NCBI GenBank assembly: GCA_035627515.1
Contig: DASPLQ010000012.1
Coordinates: forward strand, 263,269-327,268
Direction: 5' to 3'
Length of the DNA stretch: 64,000 bases
Source of the DNA: Vitreimonas sp.
GTDB taxonomy: Bacteria > Patescibacteriota > Microgenomatia > UBA1400 > PJMF01
Below are positions 38,867 through 48,483 of the stretch, piece after piece. The number at the start of each line of letters is the position of its first letter. Position 1 is the stretch's first letter. The notes under the pieces were generated by a model. It had not been told where the DNA came from. It saw only the letters and a list, made by a program, of their open reading frames with translations, and ran no database searches. Both the position numbers and the translations under genes were made by a program.

Positions 38867-39250
38867 ATGTCTGACAAAGTTCAAAAAATCGTTGACTCAG
38901 TTTCAGAGCTTTCATTAATGGAAGTATCCGAGCTCGTCAAAGCCTTAGAAGAAAAATTCGGCGTGAGTGCCGCTGCCCCTATGATGATGGCTGGCCCTGC
39001 CGCCGGTGCTGCAGCTGCTGCTCCCGCTGAAGAGAAAACCGAGTTTGACGTCATCTTAAAAGACGCCGGTGCTAACAAAATTGGTGCCATCAAAGCTGTC
39101 CGCACTCTTAAACCTGAATTAGGTTTAGGTGAAGCTAAGACTTTCGTCGAAAAACTCCCAGCTACCGTCTTAGAGGCTGCTAAAAAGGAAGCTGCTGAAG
39201 CTGCCAAAAAAACCCTCGAAGAAGCTGGCTGTGTCGTTGAATTAAAATAA
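38867..39250 (+). CDS. rplL: 50S ribosomal protein L7/L12
   Basis: '[11 protein letters not shown]', '[10 protein letters not shown]', 'LGLGEAK'. Confidence 0.97.
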   Translation: MSDKVQKIVDSVSELSLMEVSELVKALEEKFGVSAAAPMMMAGPAAGAAAAAPAEEKTEFDVILKDAGANKIGAIKAVRTLKPELGLGEAKTFVEKLPATVLEAAKKEAAEAAKKTLEEAGCVVELK

Positions 39251-39289
39251 TTCATTGACCGCTCTTTCTTGCTTTTAAAAGCCTAATAG

Positions 39290-39316
39290 ACCCCTGCGCA
39301 ACCCGCAGGGGTTTTT
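39290..39316 (+). terminator. rplL terminator
   Basis: CCCCTGCG-CAACC-CGCAGGGG-TTTTT. Confidence 0.8.
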
Positions 39317-39376
39317 GGTTACATACGTATGTATTTTTATGCTCTCTCAAGACTGAGGGCCACTTAAAATCTATGA

Positions 39377-40075
39377 GTGATGCTAGATTTTAACCCTAAT
39401 CTTTATCTTGATGAGTCGAGGTTATTTCGCAACCCACCCGAGTGGTTACCAATTGATCTCTCTACGCTCCCCACTCAGGCTTTGGATAAATATGATTTAT
39501 CAAAGTGTGAGTTAACCCTAGTTTGTGGAACCTCCACCGCAGGAAAAACCACTCTCATAAATAAAGCTCTTTCACTAGCGCCTGACGTTCACTTCTTACC
39601 CCGAGCCACCTCTCGACCTCCGCGCCCCGGAGAACAAGATGGCATCGATTACTTTTTTTCGATCGAAAATCCCTTACTCTGGTCAACCTATGGCGGTTAT
39701 GAATATGCCATTACTGAACCTGTTATTGAACGCTTAAACCAGATCAAAAAAGCAGTTATGATTCAAGGCTTAGTCTATGCCTTAGTCCTGAAGGAATTGC
39801 TTCAACCACGAGGCGTGAAAGTCAAAATTATCTATGTTCTCCCCTCTTTGATCAGCGAGGGATATGAATGCACTTTAGAAATTATTGCTCGCCGCTTGCC
39901 ACTGCGACATGGGGCAACTCAACAACTACGCCTCAATAGTATTCGGGCTGAGTTGCAGTTTGTTTTTAAGAATTACACTAGTCTGATTGAAAAGGGACTC
40001 ATTTTTTTAGAAAATACTCCCGTAAAGACGGGTATTAATCTAAAAGCTGTGGCGAAGTTAGTAGCTCTCTTATAA
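39377..40075 (+). CDS. Guanylate kinase-like P-loop kinase (divergent)
   Basis: 'GTSTAGKTT', 'TSRPPRPGEQDGIDYFF', 'YGGYEYA'. Confidence 0.75.
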   Translation: MMLDFNPNLYLDESRLFRNPPEWLPIDLSTLPTQALDKYDLSKCELTLVCGTSTAGKTTLINKALSLAPDVHFLPRATSRPPRPGEQDGIDYFFSIENPLLWSTYGGYEYAITEPVIERLNQIKKAVMIQGLVYALVLKELLQPRGVKVKIIYVLPSLISEGYECTLEIIARRLPLRHGATQQLRLNSIRAELQFVFKNYTSLIEKGLIFLENTPVKTGINLKAVAKLVALL

Positions 40076-41056
40076 AGTCATGGGACTCTCATCCCAGTTC
40101 TCCATCACTTCATCAAGTTGGGAAAATAACTGTTTCAAACTACCATCGTTAAATAGTGTGAGTTGAGCGGCTTGTTCGGTCTGAGAAATCTGAAATAATT
40201 TTTCCTCCGCTGTCTCTTGTTTTATAAACTCTGCCCAAGTTTGCGGATCTTTGCGTTCCCGCCGCTTCAGCAATCGCTGAAAGCGAATTTTGTCGTCAGA
40301 AACTACTACATTTATTAAGTAAAACTCTCGGCCAAAGTACTCACGAAAAGTGGCCACATTACTCACTGTCCTGATTCCTGAGACCGCCACTCTTTGCCAG
40401 CCTGCTTGGACCATGGTGATAACGGCTTGATCAGAAAAGTAACTACCACCATGTTGCGATAAATACCGAGCTGAAACAGCGTGTAAGTTTTCGCGCGTTA
40501 AAGCTAGATTTTCTTTAGTTGCAAGCGCTCGCACTAAATCGCTAATATTCAGCGTCTGGTAGCCATATCTATCTCTTAAATAATTGACAACTGTATCTTT
40601 GCCTGCTCCATTTTTTCCTACTAATCCAATTATTTTCTTTGGCTTTACCAAAGCCAAAGCCACTAAGTCCTCTCGCAACTGGGAGACTAGCGGAAGCGAT
40701 CCCAACTCACTTGGATCACACCATTGCCAATCATCGTGTTCAGCAGGGTCTACTTTAAGACTTGAGGCTATCCGGGAAGAAATGTGAAATAAAAACGGTG
40801 TAATTATCAGCTCCCGACCTTGATCATGAACCAATACCGGAAAACCTACTCTGTTAGCTAGACCGTTTAAGACCAACCCTACTTCCTCGGTAACTTCTCT
40901 TTTGACGGCCTCATATGGTGTTTCACCTCGCACTTGGTGACCAGAGACTACACCCCATCGACCCGGCTCAAAACGTCGGTGTTGATTGCGACGTAAAAGC
41001 AATATTTTACCGTCTGGTCGCTGCAGTACAGCTGCTACTACTCGCTTAGTTGGCAT
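40070..41056 (-). CDS. NUDIX hydrolase fused to a P-loop nucleotide kinase (dephospho-CoA/adenylate-kinase-like)
   Basis: Nudix box 'G....GETPYEAVKREVTEEVG'; 'IIGLVGKNGAGKDT', 'GIR', 'RFQRL..R', 'NDGSL..L'; start ATG 41056. Confidence 0.8.
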   Translation of the reverse strand: MPTKRVVAAVLQRPDGKILLLRRNQHRRFEPGRWGVVSGHQVRGETPYEAVKREVTEEVGLVLNGLANRVGFPVLVHDQGRELIITPFLFHISSRIASSLKVDPAEHDDWQWCDPSELGSLPLVSQLREDLVALALVKPKKIIGLVGKNGAGKDTVVNYLRDRYGYQTLNISDLVRALATKENLALTRENLHAVSARYLSQHGGSYFSDQAVITMVQAGWQRVAVSGIRTVSNVATFREYFGREFYLINVVVSDDKIRFQRLLKRRERKDPQTWAEFIKQETAEEKLFQISQTEQAAQLTLFNDGSLKQLFSQLDEVMENWDESPMTL

Positions 41057-41531
41057 CAAGGCTCTCTCGGATTTCCATCCATATTTTCCCGATAACGTTA
41101 CAACCAATTGCCTGCTGAGAATTAATTTGGCAAGCACCCCAAAAGGTATCATCAGGGCTCAATTCAACGAGATGTTTTCTGTTAGTTACTCTGAGGAGCG
41201 GCTCTACCTGTGAGCGGTGTTGGTCAAACTTCAACTGTAAACAGCGCTTCATCTGTGAGATCTTGATTTTTGACCACTCTGGTTGCCTCTCGGCTTCATA
41301 ACGTTTTTTTAGAGCTTTAGCTGCCTGCGGTGAGACCGCCAGGAACTGCTCGAAAATAGTATGATGTTGAAAGCTTAATGCAAAATAAAGGTTCTCCACG
41401 CTCGGCCACGTATGCCCAACAAACTGAATGGGAAAGTCGAGATGTAGATTGGAGAAAGCACCCCACTCACCTCTGGGATCATAAAAGCTAATCACTTCTG
41501 GCAAATAATACTGCTCAATATTTTTATACAT
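41046..41531 (-). CDS. NADAR (YbiA-like) N-glycosidase
   Basis: 'FSN', 'WPSVENLYFA', 'LKFDQH', 'LVELSPDDTFWG', 'GCNVIGKIWMEIR'. Confidence 0.85.
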   Translation of the reverse strand: MYKNIEQYYLPEVISFYDPRGEWGAFSNLHLDFPIQFVGHTWPSVENLYFALSFQHHTIFEQFLAVSPQAAKALKKRYEAERQPEWSKIKISQMKRCLQLKFDQHRSQVEPLLRVTNRKHLVELSPDDTFWGACQINSQQAIGCNVIGKIWMEIRESLDAN

Positions 41532-41609
41532 ATGGTAAAAAAGTAATTGTATTTTTTCTTGATTAAAATACAATAAATTTTGTATGTATCTACGTAATAA
41601 AAAAATGAC

Positions 41610-42176
41610 ATGACAATCTTTTTTTCCAGCTCATACCGAGGTCTCTCTAAATATGAACGCAACTACGAGTTAATCTTGCGCACGCTTCAAGAGTTCAAAA
41701 GTATCAAAGTCATCTCCCCTCTTCTGAAGTCAAGCTACCAACCGTTAGTGGAAGCTGTCCTCCATCGTGATCTAAGTACTAAAGACCGCTATGAGGAATA
41801 TCAGGCTATGCGCCAAGCAATTCGCGCAGCTGATGCCGTCATTTTCGAAGTTACTCAAGAAAGCTTTCAAATTGGTTATGAAACTACTTTTGCGTTAAGC
41901 GAAAAAAAACCAGTTTTATGTTTATCACTTGAAGAAGATTTTAGTAAACGCCTTCAAAATGATTATTTCTTTGGCACTCGCTACAGTGAACAAACTCTCA
42001 AACCAATCATCCAAGACTTTCTAGCCGAAGTTCGGGATCGTCACCTGAGTAAACGCTTCAATCTCTTTCTCTACCCTCATCAAATTGCTCATCTGCAGCA
42101 GCAGGGTAATAAACATGGCATGAACATGTCGGAGTACGTACGACATTTGATTAACCAAGATAAGCAAGCGAAGTAA
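41610..42176 (+). CDS. Nucleoside 2-deoxyribosyltransferase-like domain fused to a C-terminal RHH DNA-binding domain
   Basis: 'IRAADAVIFEVTQESFQIGYE...KKPVLCL'; C-terminal 'RFNLFL...MSEYVRHLI'. Confidence 0.75.
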   Translation: MTIFFSSSYRGLSKYERNYELILRTLQEFKSIKVISPLLKSSYQPLVEAVLHRDLSTKDRYEEYQAMRQAIRAADAVIFEVTQESFQIGYETTFALSEKKPVLCLSLEEDFSKRLQNDYFFGTRYSEQTLKPIIQDFLAEVRDRHLSKRFNLFLYPHQIAHLQQQGNKHGMNMSEYVRHLINQDKQAK

Positions 42177-42560
42177 TCCCCAACCTAATAGCTTTTTTAA
42201 ATCATCGTTTTTAACTTGAGATGTTTTACAAAGTTTTCCACAGTTGAAATACTATAGGTTTTACCTTATTTTATTATAGGTTTTAACTGTTAATTAGTTG
42301 TTCGGAGCTATTGTAGCTCTACCCGAAACCTTTTGACTCCGCTTGTGGATGAATAATTTTTCTCATTGGTGTTCTTTTTTCAAAACTGCTACTTGACCTA
42401 GTTACGCACACTCTGCTACTTTTAATACAGCAAAGCTCACTTTTGAACTATTCCTCATTTACCGGACTTTGTAGTAATTACATCGCAATGAGAGTGTTAT
42501 AGTTACCAAAAAATTAACAAACTATAGGCTTAAACTTGCAGCACAGAAAGGCCACCTGCC

Positions 42561-42839
42561 ATGAATAACCAATCAGATTCCCCTAACTCCACTGCCGCCA
42601 TGGATGATAAGCGCACAGGGCGAGCTGATGACGCTAATAAATTAGATATCAACAACTTACCTGATTTATTGACTGTCAGAGAAGTGGCCGATTTACTGCG
42701 AGTTTCCCCTTTAACTATTAAGCGCTGGGGTAAACGTGGCAAATTACCTGCTATCCGCATCAATTCTCGAGGAGATCGTCGTTACAAAAAAGAAGCCGTG
42801 ATGTGGTTATTGGGCGTCAACCCTACCGACGATGAATAA
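42561..42839 (+). CDS. BldC/excisionase-like (MerR-type HTH) DNA-binding protein
   Basis: 'LLTVREVADLLRVSPLTIKRW...GKLPAIR...GDRRY'. Confidence 0.85.
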   Translation: MNNQSDSPNSTAAMDDKRTGRADDANKLDINNLPDLLTVREVADLLRVSPLTIKRWGKRGKLPAIRINSRGDRRYKKEAVMWLLGVNPTDDE

Positions 42840-42860
42840 GATTTAAAGTAATGTCATCTC

Positions 42861-42889
42861 AACTCCCCCGCTCAGCGGGGGAGTTTTTT
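42861..42889 (+). terminator. Terminator containing the palindrome CCCCGCTCAGCGGGG
   Basis: CTCCCCCG-CTCAG-CGGGGGAG-TTTTTT. Confidence 0.75.
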
Positions 42890-42919
42890 GTAGCCATTGC
42901 CCACCACACCTTGTGGCTG

Positions 42920-43666
42920 CTACTTGAGGAATTCTTTGAGTGTCAGCCAACCAAAAGTGATTAAACGAAGTTGTCTGCGCCACCGCCAAGGTTGCTGCAC
43001 CAATCTATATAACCACTCTATGCCCCAGGTAGCAACCCAGCGGGGCGGTCGGCTAAGACGACCAGTGAGAGTATCGAATGCTCCCCCGACTACCATCAGT
43101 AATCGCACTTGATTAGTCTCTAGCATTTCGCGATGAGAAACAACCCATTTTTCCTGATACGGAGCTCCAAAAGCAACAAAGACGATAGCTGGCTTAAGCC
43201 TCTGTAAACGACGTTTAATTAGCGCTTCTTCGTCGTCAGTAGGATGCTTGACATCTGCATAGCCAGGCAACCATTCCCAATCGGGATGGTCACTCTGGTC
43301 ATAGTCTCGGCCACCAATCACTACTACTGATGCGTTCTGTTCTCGAGCCATGGTGATCAAATCTTCCACCACTTCTCTGCCCCCAATTCTTTCTGGCAGC
43401 GGTTTGACGGGCTGACGCCAGGCCAAGATTCGTGAGGCTATGACTAAGCCCACCCCATCCGGAAGTAAAAAATCGGCTTGTTTGAGAACACTCAGAAACG
43501 ATGAATCATCGTGAGCTTGCACTATCTGTTCAGGGTTAGGAGTAAAAATATAGGCTGTTGTTCTCGAGCGAGACAGATGGGCACTAAGCTCATTTAGCAG
43601 TGTTTTCTTGTCTTTGCTAAAAATCGGGAGGCCGAATAAATAGCTTGTTTGATCGTTATTTTTCAT
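42920..43666 (-). CDS. WecB/TagA/CpsF glycosyltransferase
   Basis: 'TPNPE', 'PDGVG', 'AFGAPYQEKW', 'VGGAFD', 'EWLYRL..QPWR'. Confidence 0.92.
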   Translation of the reverse strand: MKNNDQTSYLFGLPIFSKDKKTLLNELSAHLSRSRTTAYIFTPNPEQIVQAHDDSSFLSVLKQADFLLPDGVGLVIASRILAWRQPVKPLPERIGGREVVEDLITMAREQNASVVVIGGRDYDQSDHPDWEWLPGYADVKHPTDDEEALIKRRLQRLKPAIVFVAFGAPYQEKWVVSHREMLETNQVRLLMVVGGAFDTLTGRLSRPPRWVATWGIEWLYRLVQQPWRWRRQLRLITFGWLTLKEFLK

Positions 43667-44190
43667 GTTTTTATGTGAGAGTTAGCGGACAAAAAAAGCG
43701 AATAACCCCCTAAGACATTGTGCCTAAAAACTGCTGATTTGTGAATACTGGGTGTTCAGTGTCTGAACACTTTGCGGGCACCTTTTCTTCATTCGGTTTT
43801 TATTAGTGTTTTTTACTTTTTAGCCGCTGTTTTTAATGATTATACAGAATTAACTCAGTTTTTAAACGCAACTTTGGCCTGGAAACCAACGTAGCATGGT
43901 AAAATTGTCTTCCTTTTTATACAAATTGAGTAAATTTATTTCAGATCTCATCGGCAAAAATGGTGAAAATAATTAATTTTCATGAATTTTGACAGTTTCC
44001 AACTGAGCAACAAATGTAAGAACCAGGCAGAATGCGTAACAGTAGCGGTCAAAAATAAGCCTATAAAAATAGGATGTCGCAAACACGTTATTTTTGGCCA
44101 TTAAAAATGTGTTGGAACTAAAAAGGACAATAAAGCCCGAAGTCAAGAAAAACGTCACATGTGGAAGAAAAAGACTAGGCAGTGTGCTTT

Positions 44191-44505
44191 TTAAGCACTT
44201 GGTTGCCACTGGAATTGAGTCAGATCTACTTTATGCCCAGCAATAACTACTCCTTCTTGGCGGAGTTTCACAATTTGACCAAACCGTTCACCAAAGGCAT
44301 AGCCATCAGCGACGTGACCATCAGACCTAATGACTCGGTGACAGGGATATTTATCCGCATCCGGGTTGTGATGCAGGATCCGCCCCACATGGCGAGCATT
44401 TTTCAAACCTACCAATAAAGCAATTTGCTTGTAGGTGGCCACTTTTCCTCGAGGAATTTGCGTTAAGATTTCAAAAACTTGGTGGTGCATTTCCGGCGTT
44501 AACAT
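44191..44505 (-). CDS. MGMT/Ogt-family alkyltransferase, C-terminal domain only
   Basis: 'IPRGKVATY', 'RHVG', active-site 'PCHRV'. Confidence 0.85.
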   Translation of the reverse strand: MLTPEMHHQVFEILTQIPRGKVATYKQIALLVGLKNARHVGRILHHNPDADKYPCHRVIRSDGHVADGYAFGERFGQIVKLRQEGVVIAGHKVDLTQFQWQPSA

Positions 44506-44534
44506 TGGCTGGTAGTATACAATATAGATAGCTT

Positions 44535-45959
44535 ATGACGTTTTCTGAATTGCGTACTGCATATCCTCGCTTTATTTATCAAAACTATAGTTGGAACCTT
44601 ACCGATAACGGCTTAGAACTAGAGTTCTCTTATCTCAATGAAGGCACAGAGCTACTTGCCTTTACACATCGCGTGGTATTTGAAGCTGTAACGAGTGATC
44701 ACGTAGCTGCCATTGATCCAGCTGCCCTCAAAACTTATATCTTTAACATCGGCTTAGTGGAGATGCTCAGTTATTGGAAAGCCACCTGCTCACCAGAAAT
44801 TGTGATCGAAGCTGGTCCGCTCTCAGCCTCCCAAATCGAGTGGTGGCACGACCTGCTCATGCAAGGCATGGGCGAGTTTTTCTTCGTCAATACCATTGAT
44901 TTTACGCCCTCAGATTTTGTACGTATTACCGCCCAAACTTCAGCTGACACAGCCATACCAACTCCTCTCAGCTCCACTTCCGCGGGGACACGGACGTTAA
45001 TCCCAGTCGGAGGTGGCAAAGATTCAGCTCTGACCATCGAACTCCTTAAACAGCACCACGCCGCCGAGACGTTGGGTTGTTTACTCATTAATCCTACTGG
45101 AGCTGCACAAGATTTGGCCGCACTGAGCGGCTTAGCCGCCCATCGCATCACTCGCCGCTTAGATCATCACCTTTTTGGACTCAATGAGCGCGGTTTTCTC
45201 AACGGCCATGTGCCCTTTTCCGCCTCAGTAGCTTTCATTAGTACACTAGGCGCACGATTGTGGGGCTATGACTACATTGCGATTTCTAATGAACGCAGCT
45301 CCAATGAAGGCAGCGTCTGGTTTCATGATCACTACATCAATCATCAGTACTCTAAAACTTTTGAGTTTGAGTCCAATTTCCAAACCTATCTGCGCCAAAT
45401 AATCGCTGATCCACAACTTCCCTTATACTTTTCCTTTTTGCGACCGTTATATGAACTACAGATTGCCCAAGTCTTTGCCAAAGTAGCTGGTGGCAATCAA
45501 CCATTATTGACCAGCTTCCGCAGCTGTAACCGCGGTCAAAAACAAAACATCTGGTGCGGCGAGTGCCCCAAATGTTTATTTGCGTACGCCATTCTCTACC
45601 CCTTTTTATCTCACGAGAGCATGGTGAAGATTTTTGGCCAAGATTTGTGGGCCAACCAGTCATTGTGGCCTATTGCCGCCGAACTGCTGGGTTATGCCGA
45701 AAAGAAGCCGCTAGAATGCGTAGGAACCCATGAAGAAAACGTGTCTGCCTTTTGGTTAAGCGCTGAAAAATTGCGGGCTGATGACAAACCCCTGCCGGCA
45801 TTGCTCCAACAAGCATTCAATGTTATCAATGAACGCGAACAAGCTTTACCTGGCCGCGCTGACGCCGTCTTGCACAGTTGGAACCCAGAACACTCACTGC
45901 CCACTCAATTTGAAAAAACCTTACGGGCTGCGCTGGACTCGCCAGAGGCAGTAGGATAA
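44535..45959 (+). CDS. murL: UDP-MurNAc-L-Ala-L-Glu epimerase (MurL)
   Basis: 'SYWKA', 'GGGKDS', 'NGHVPFS', 'SNERS', 'NHQYSKTFEFE', 'SCN...WCGECPKC', 'KPLECVG'; adjacent to murD. Confidence 0.85.
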   Translation: MTFSELRTAYPRFIYQNYSWNLTDNGLELEFSYLNEGTELLAFTHRVVFEAVTSDHVAAIDPAALKTYIFNIGLVEMLSYWKATCSPEIVIEAGPLSASQIEWWHDLLMQGMGEFFFVNTIDFTPSDFVRITAQTSADTAIPTPLSSTSAGTRTLIPVGGGKDSALTIELLKQHHAAETLGCLLINPTGAAQDLAALSGLAAHRITRRLDHHLFGLNERGFLNGHVPFSASVAFISTLGARLWGYDYIAISNERSSNEGSVWFHDHYINHQYSKTFEFESNFQTYLRQIIADPQLPLYFSFLRPLYELQIAQVFAKVAGGNQPLLTSFRSCNRGQKQNIWCGECPKCLFAYAILYPFLSHESMVKIFGQDLWANQSLWPIAAELLGYAEKKPLECVGTHEENVSAFWLSAEKLRADDKPLPALLQQAFNVINEREQALPGRADAVLHSWNPEHSLPTQFEKTLRAALDSPEAVG

Positions 45960-45965
45960 AAAGTC

Positions 45966-47405
45966 ATGTCATTTATTTTCGATCCCTCTCTCAACCACCT
46001 CGTTATTTTTGGCTTGGGGCGGGAGGGGTGGTCCAGCTGGCAGTTTTTTCACCATCATCAACCTGATTTAACTGTCACGTTAGTGGATGATAAGCCTTTG
46101 AGTGAGCTCGCGCCCCAGTGGCAAACTGCGGTCGCTAACTCATCGCGAGTGCGTTTTTTTACAAGCGCTGAGCTTGACCACTCGGGTTGGGATAACCAGA
46201 CCTTGTTGATCAAAACCGCTGGCATTCCCTACACTCACCCTCTCTTACAAGCCGCCACAGCCCGCCACCTCTCCATTACTACCAATACGCAGTTATTTTT
46301 TGAGCTCACTAACACTACGGCTTTTCTGGCTGAGCAGGGTTTGAGTAACTATCCACTGAGTACTATTGGTGTGACAGGTACTAAAGGTAAAAGTACTACC
46401 ACCTCGGTTATTTATCACGTTTTAAAAGAGAATCAGCAACCGATCGTGGTAGGCGGCAACATCGGAGTGCCACCATTAGATTTGTGGCCAGAGTTGAGTC
46501 AGCTCGCTTCTCACCATCCCCCTCAAACAACCTTACTAATCGCTTTGGAATTATCCTGTCACCAACTCTCCGACCTACGCACTAGTCCTCATATAGCAGT
46601 GGTCCAGGATATTACCCCGGAGCACTTAGACTATTACGCCACCTTTGAAGAGTATGTGGCAGCTAAAGCTCACATTACTGCCTTCCAAACCCCTAATGAC
46701 TATGTAATTTATAACCCGGAGTTTGCTCAACCCCGCCAGTTAGCTGAAGCCAGTTCTGCTCATAAACTTCCTCTCACCGAGTTCACTGTCACCAGTGATG
46801 AACTGCTTTATCGTAATCAATTTATCATTAAACTCAGCGATATTCCCCTCAAAGGCCAGTTCAATCTGCAGAACGTAATGCCAGCCATTGTAATTGGTGC
46901 ACAGTTAGGCTTATCAGCCGAAGCCATGGCTGCGGCCATCAAAACCTTCCTCCCCCTTTCCCACCGCCTAGAGTTAGTGGGCACGGCTCAGGGTGTGGAG
47001 TACTACAATGACTCCCTGTCCACTACTCCAGTTGCGACTATCGCCGCTCTGGATAGTTTTGCTCAGCAACCTGTGGTATTAGTGGCGGGTGGATATGATC
47101 GACACTTGGAATATGATGAGCTGGCGCGAAAAATTGTAGCTTCATCAGTGACCGGCCTGGTGCTCTTTCCTAATACCGGCGAACGCATCTGGGCAGCAGT
47201 TGAACGCGCTGACGCAAACAAAGCTGCTCAGTTACCTCATGTATTTGTTGAAGAAATGCCGGAAGCAGTCCAGCACGCGGCGCAACTAGCCGCCGCGGGC
47301 GGGGTGGTGCTGCTCAGCCCTGCCAGTGCTAGTTTTAATCACTTCAAAGATTACGCTGACCGCGGCCATCAATTTGCAGCTGCAGTCGCGGCTTTACCCC
47401 AGTAA
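45966..47405 (+). CDS. murD: UDP-MurNAc-L-Ala:Glu ligase (MurD, probably MurD2 type)
   Basis: 'VTGTKGKSTT', 'GGNIG', 'ELSCHQL', 'PEHLDY', 'NDS', 'LSPASASF'. Confidence 0.9.
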   Translation: MSFIFDPSLNHLVIFGLGREGWSSWQFFHHHQPDLTVTLVDDKPLSELAPQWQTAVANSSRVRFFTSAELDHSGWDNQTLLIKTAGIPYTHPLLQAATARHLSITTNTQLFFELTNTTAFLAEQGLSNYPLSTIGVTGTKGKSTTTSVIYHVLKENQQPIVVGGNIGVPPLDLWPELSQLASHHPPQTTLLIALELSCHQLSDLRTSPHIAVVQDITPEHLDYYATFEEYVAAKAHITAFQTPNDYVIYNPEFAQPRQLAEASSAHKLPLTEFTVTSDELLYRNQFIIKLSDIPLKGQFNLQNVMPAIVIGAQLGLSAEAMAAAIKTFLPLSHRLELVGTAQGVEYYNDSLSTTPVATIAALDSFAQQPVVLVAGGYDRHLEYDELARKIVASSVTGLVLFPNTGERIWAAVERADANKAAQLPHVFVEEMPEAVQHAAQLAAAGGVVLLSPASASFNHFKDYADRGHQFAAAVAALPQ

Positions 47406-47735
47406 TTAACTCTTAAAGATTCCCAGCACCGAAGCGGTGGCACCAGTCACGATACTGAAAAATAAGGCTGCTAAAAAGCCATCGAGATCGAAACCGGGGA
47501 CAATTGCCGCCACCAACATCACCAGCGCCGCATTAATCACCAAAGAAAATAAACCGAGGGTGACAAAGTTAATGGGAAAAGTGAGCAGTTTTAAGATCGG
47601 TCGAATAAAGGTGTTTACTAACCCTAACACCACCACAATCCAAAAGGCCGACAGAATGCCATCTACATATACCCCGGGAACTAAGTAAGCGGCAACGCCG
47701 ATCGCCAACATATTAATCAATAAACTCGCAATCAT
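47406..47735 (-). CDS. Phage holin family 4 / YvlD-like membrane protein
   Basis: 'N.FIRPILKLLTFP..FVTLGLFSLVINA'. Confidence 0.85.
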   Translation of the reverse strand: MIASLLINMLAIGVAAYLVPGVYVDGILSAFWIVVVLGLVNTFIRPILKLLTFPINFVTLGLFSLVINAALVMLVAAIVPGFDLDGFLAALFFSIVTGATASVLGIFKS

Positions 47736-47784
47736 AACAACATCTCCTTTTTTCTATCGTACCAAACCTACTGCAAAAAAGCAT

Positions 47785-48216
47785 TTAATCACTAAACGTA
47801 ATGCTGCGGGTTTTATCAAACACCACGGTAAAGGTTTCAAAAAATGCGTGCCGACCCATCAACGCTGGGATCTTATTATTATTGGAAAAGCCCACCACAA
47901 TTTCTCGCTCCATTTCCCCCACTTTGACACGTAATTTTTCAATAAAAATGTGCGTCTCTTCTCCACCTACACCTAAGGTTTTGATGCGTTGCGCTTGTGA
48001 TAAATCTAAACCTAATAACCCCGCCATATAACGCGGTAACAAGGTGTAATCAGCCCCGGTATCAATTAACAACTTGTGGGATTGCCATTCGCGATAGGTA
48101 TCTGACCACAACAACACAACCGCCATTGGTCGCTGGATGCGGCCTAAATGTTTAGTTTCTGCTGTTTCGAAGGCAAACGTCACAGGAGATGAAGAACGCG
48201 AAAAAGGCCACGGCAT
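47785..48216 (-). CDS. Retropepsin-like aspartic protease
   Basis: 'LIDTGAD', 'GVGG', 'LMGR..FF'. Confidence 0.8.
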   Translation of the reverse strand: MPWPFSRSSSPVTFAFETAETKHLGRIQRPMAVVLLWSDTYREWQSHKLLIDTGADYTLLPRYMAGLLGLDLSQAQRIKTLGVGGEETHIFIEKLRVKVGEMEREIVVGFSNNNKIPALMGRHAFFETFTVVFDKTRSITFSD

Positions 48217-48219
48217 GGA

Positions 48220-48450
48220 TTAAGCCACTTGAAATGGCAGGGGTAGTAATAAGCCCTTAGGAATCACCGTACTGACTGGTGGTGATTGCGGGTACTTGCG
48301 TTGTAACTTGCGGTACATTTGGATGGCTTTACTCTCATCTGACGTGGAGTACAACCCTTCTGGGCTCTCAATCACAATCTTCCCCTGGTAACGAGGGTTG
48401 CTCCAGGCTTCGGAAATGCTGGTGGGTTTATGATAATTAGTCTGTGCCAT
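48220..48450 (-). CDS. Small partner protein (DUF5678-like) upstream of the aspartic protease
   Basis: 'YQGKIVI', 'KYP' pattern; 3-nt gap to the protease gene. Confidence 0.55.
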   Translation of the reverse strand: MAQTNYHKPTSISEAWSNPRYQGKIVIESPEGLYSTSDESKAIQMYRKLQRKYPQSPPVSTVIPKGLLLPLPFQVA

Positions 48451-48483
48451 CTAGGTGTACCTTACTCTAGTTGACGAAAAAGG

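Noticed and set aside
43973-44209. 78-aa ORF in the long intergenic region
   Set aside because: Low-complexity, no motif or initiation signal; probably spurious.
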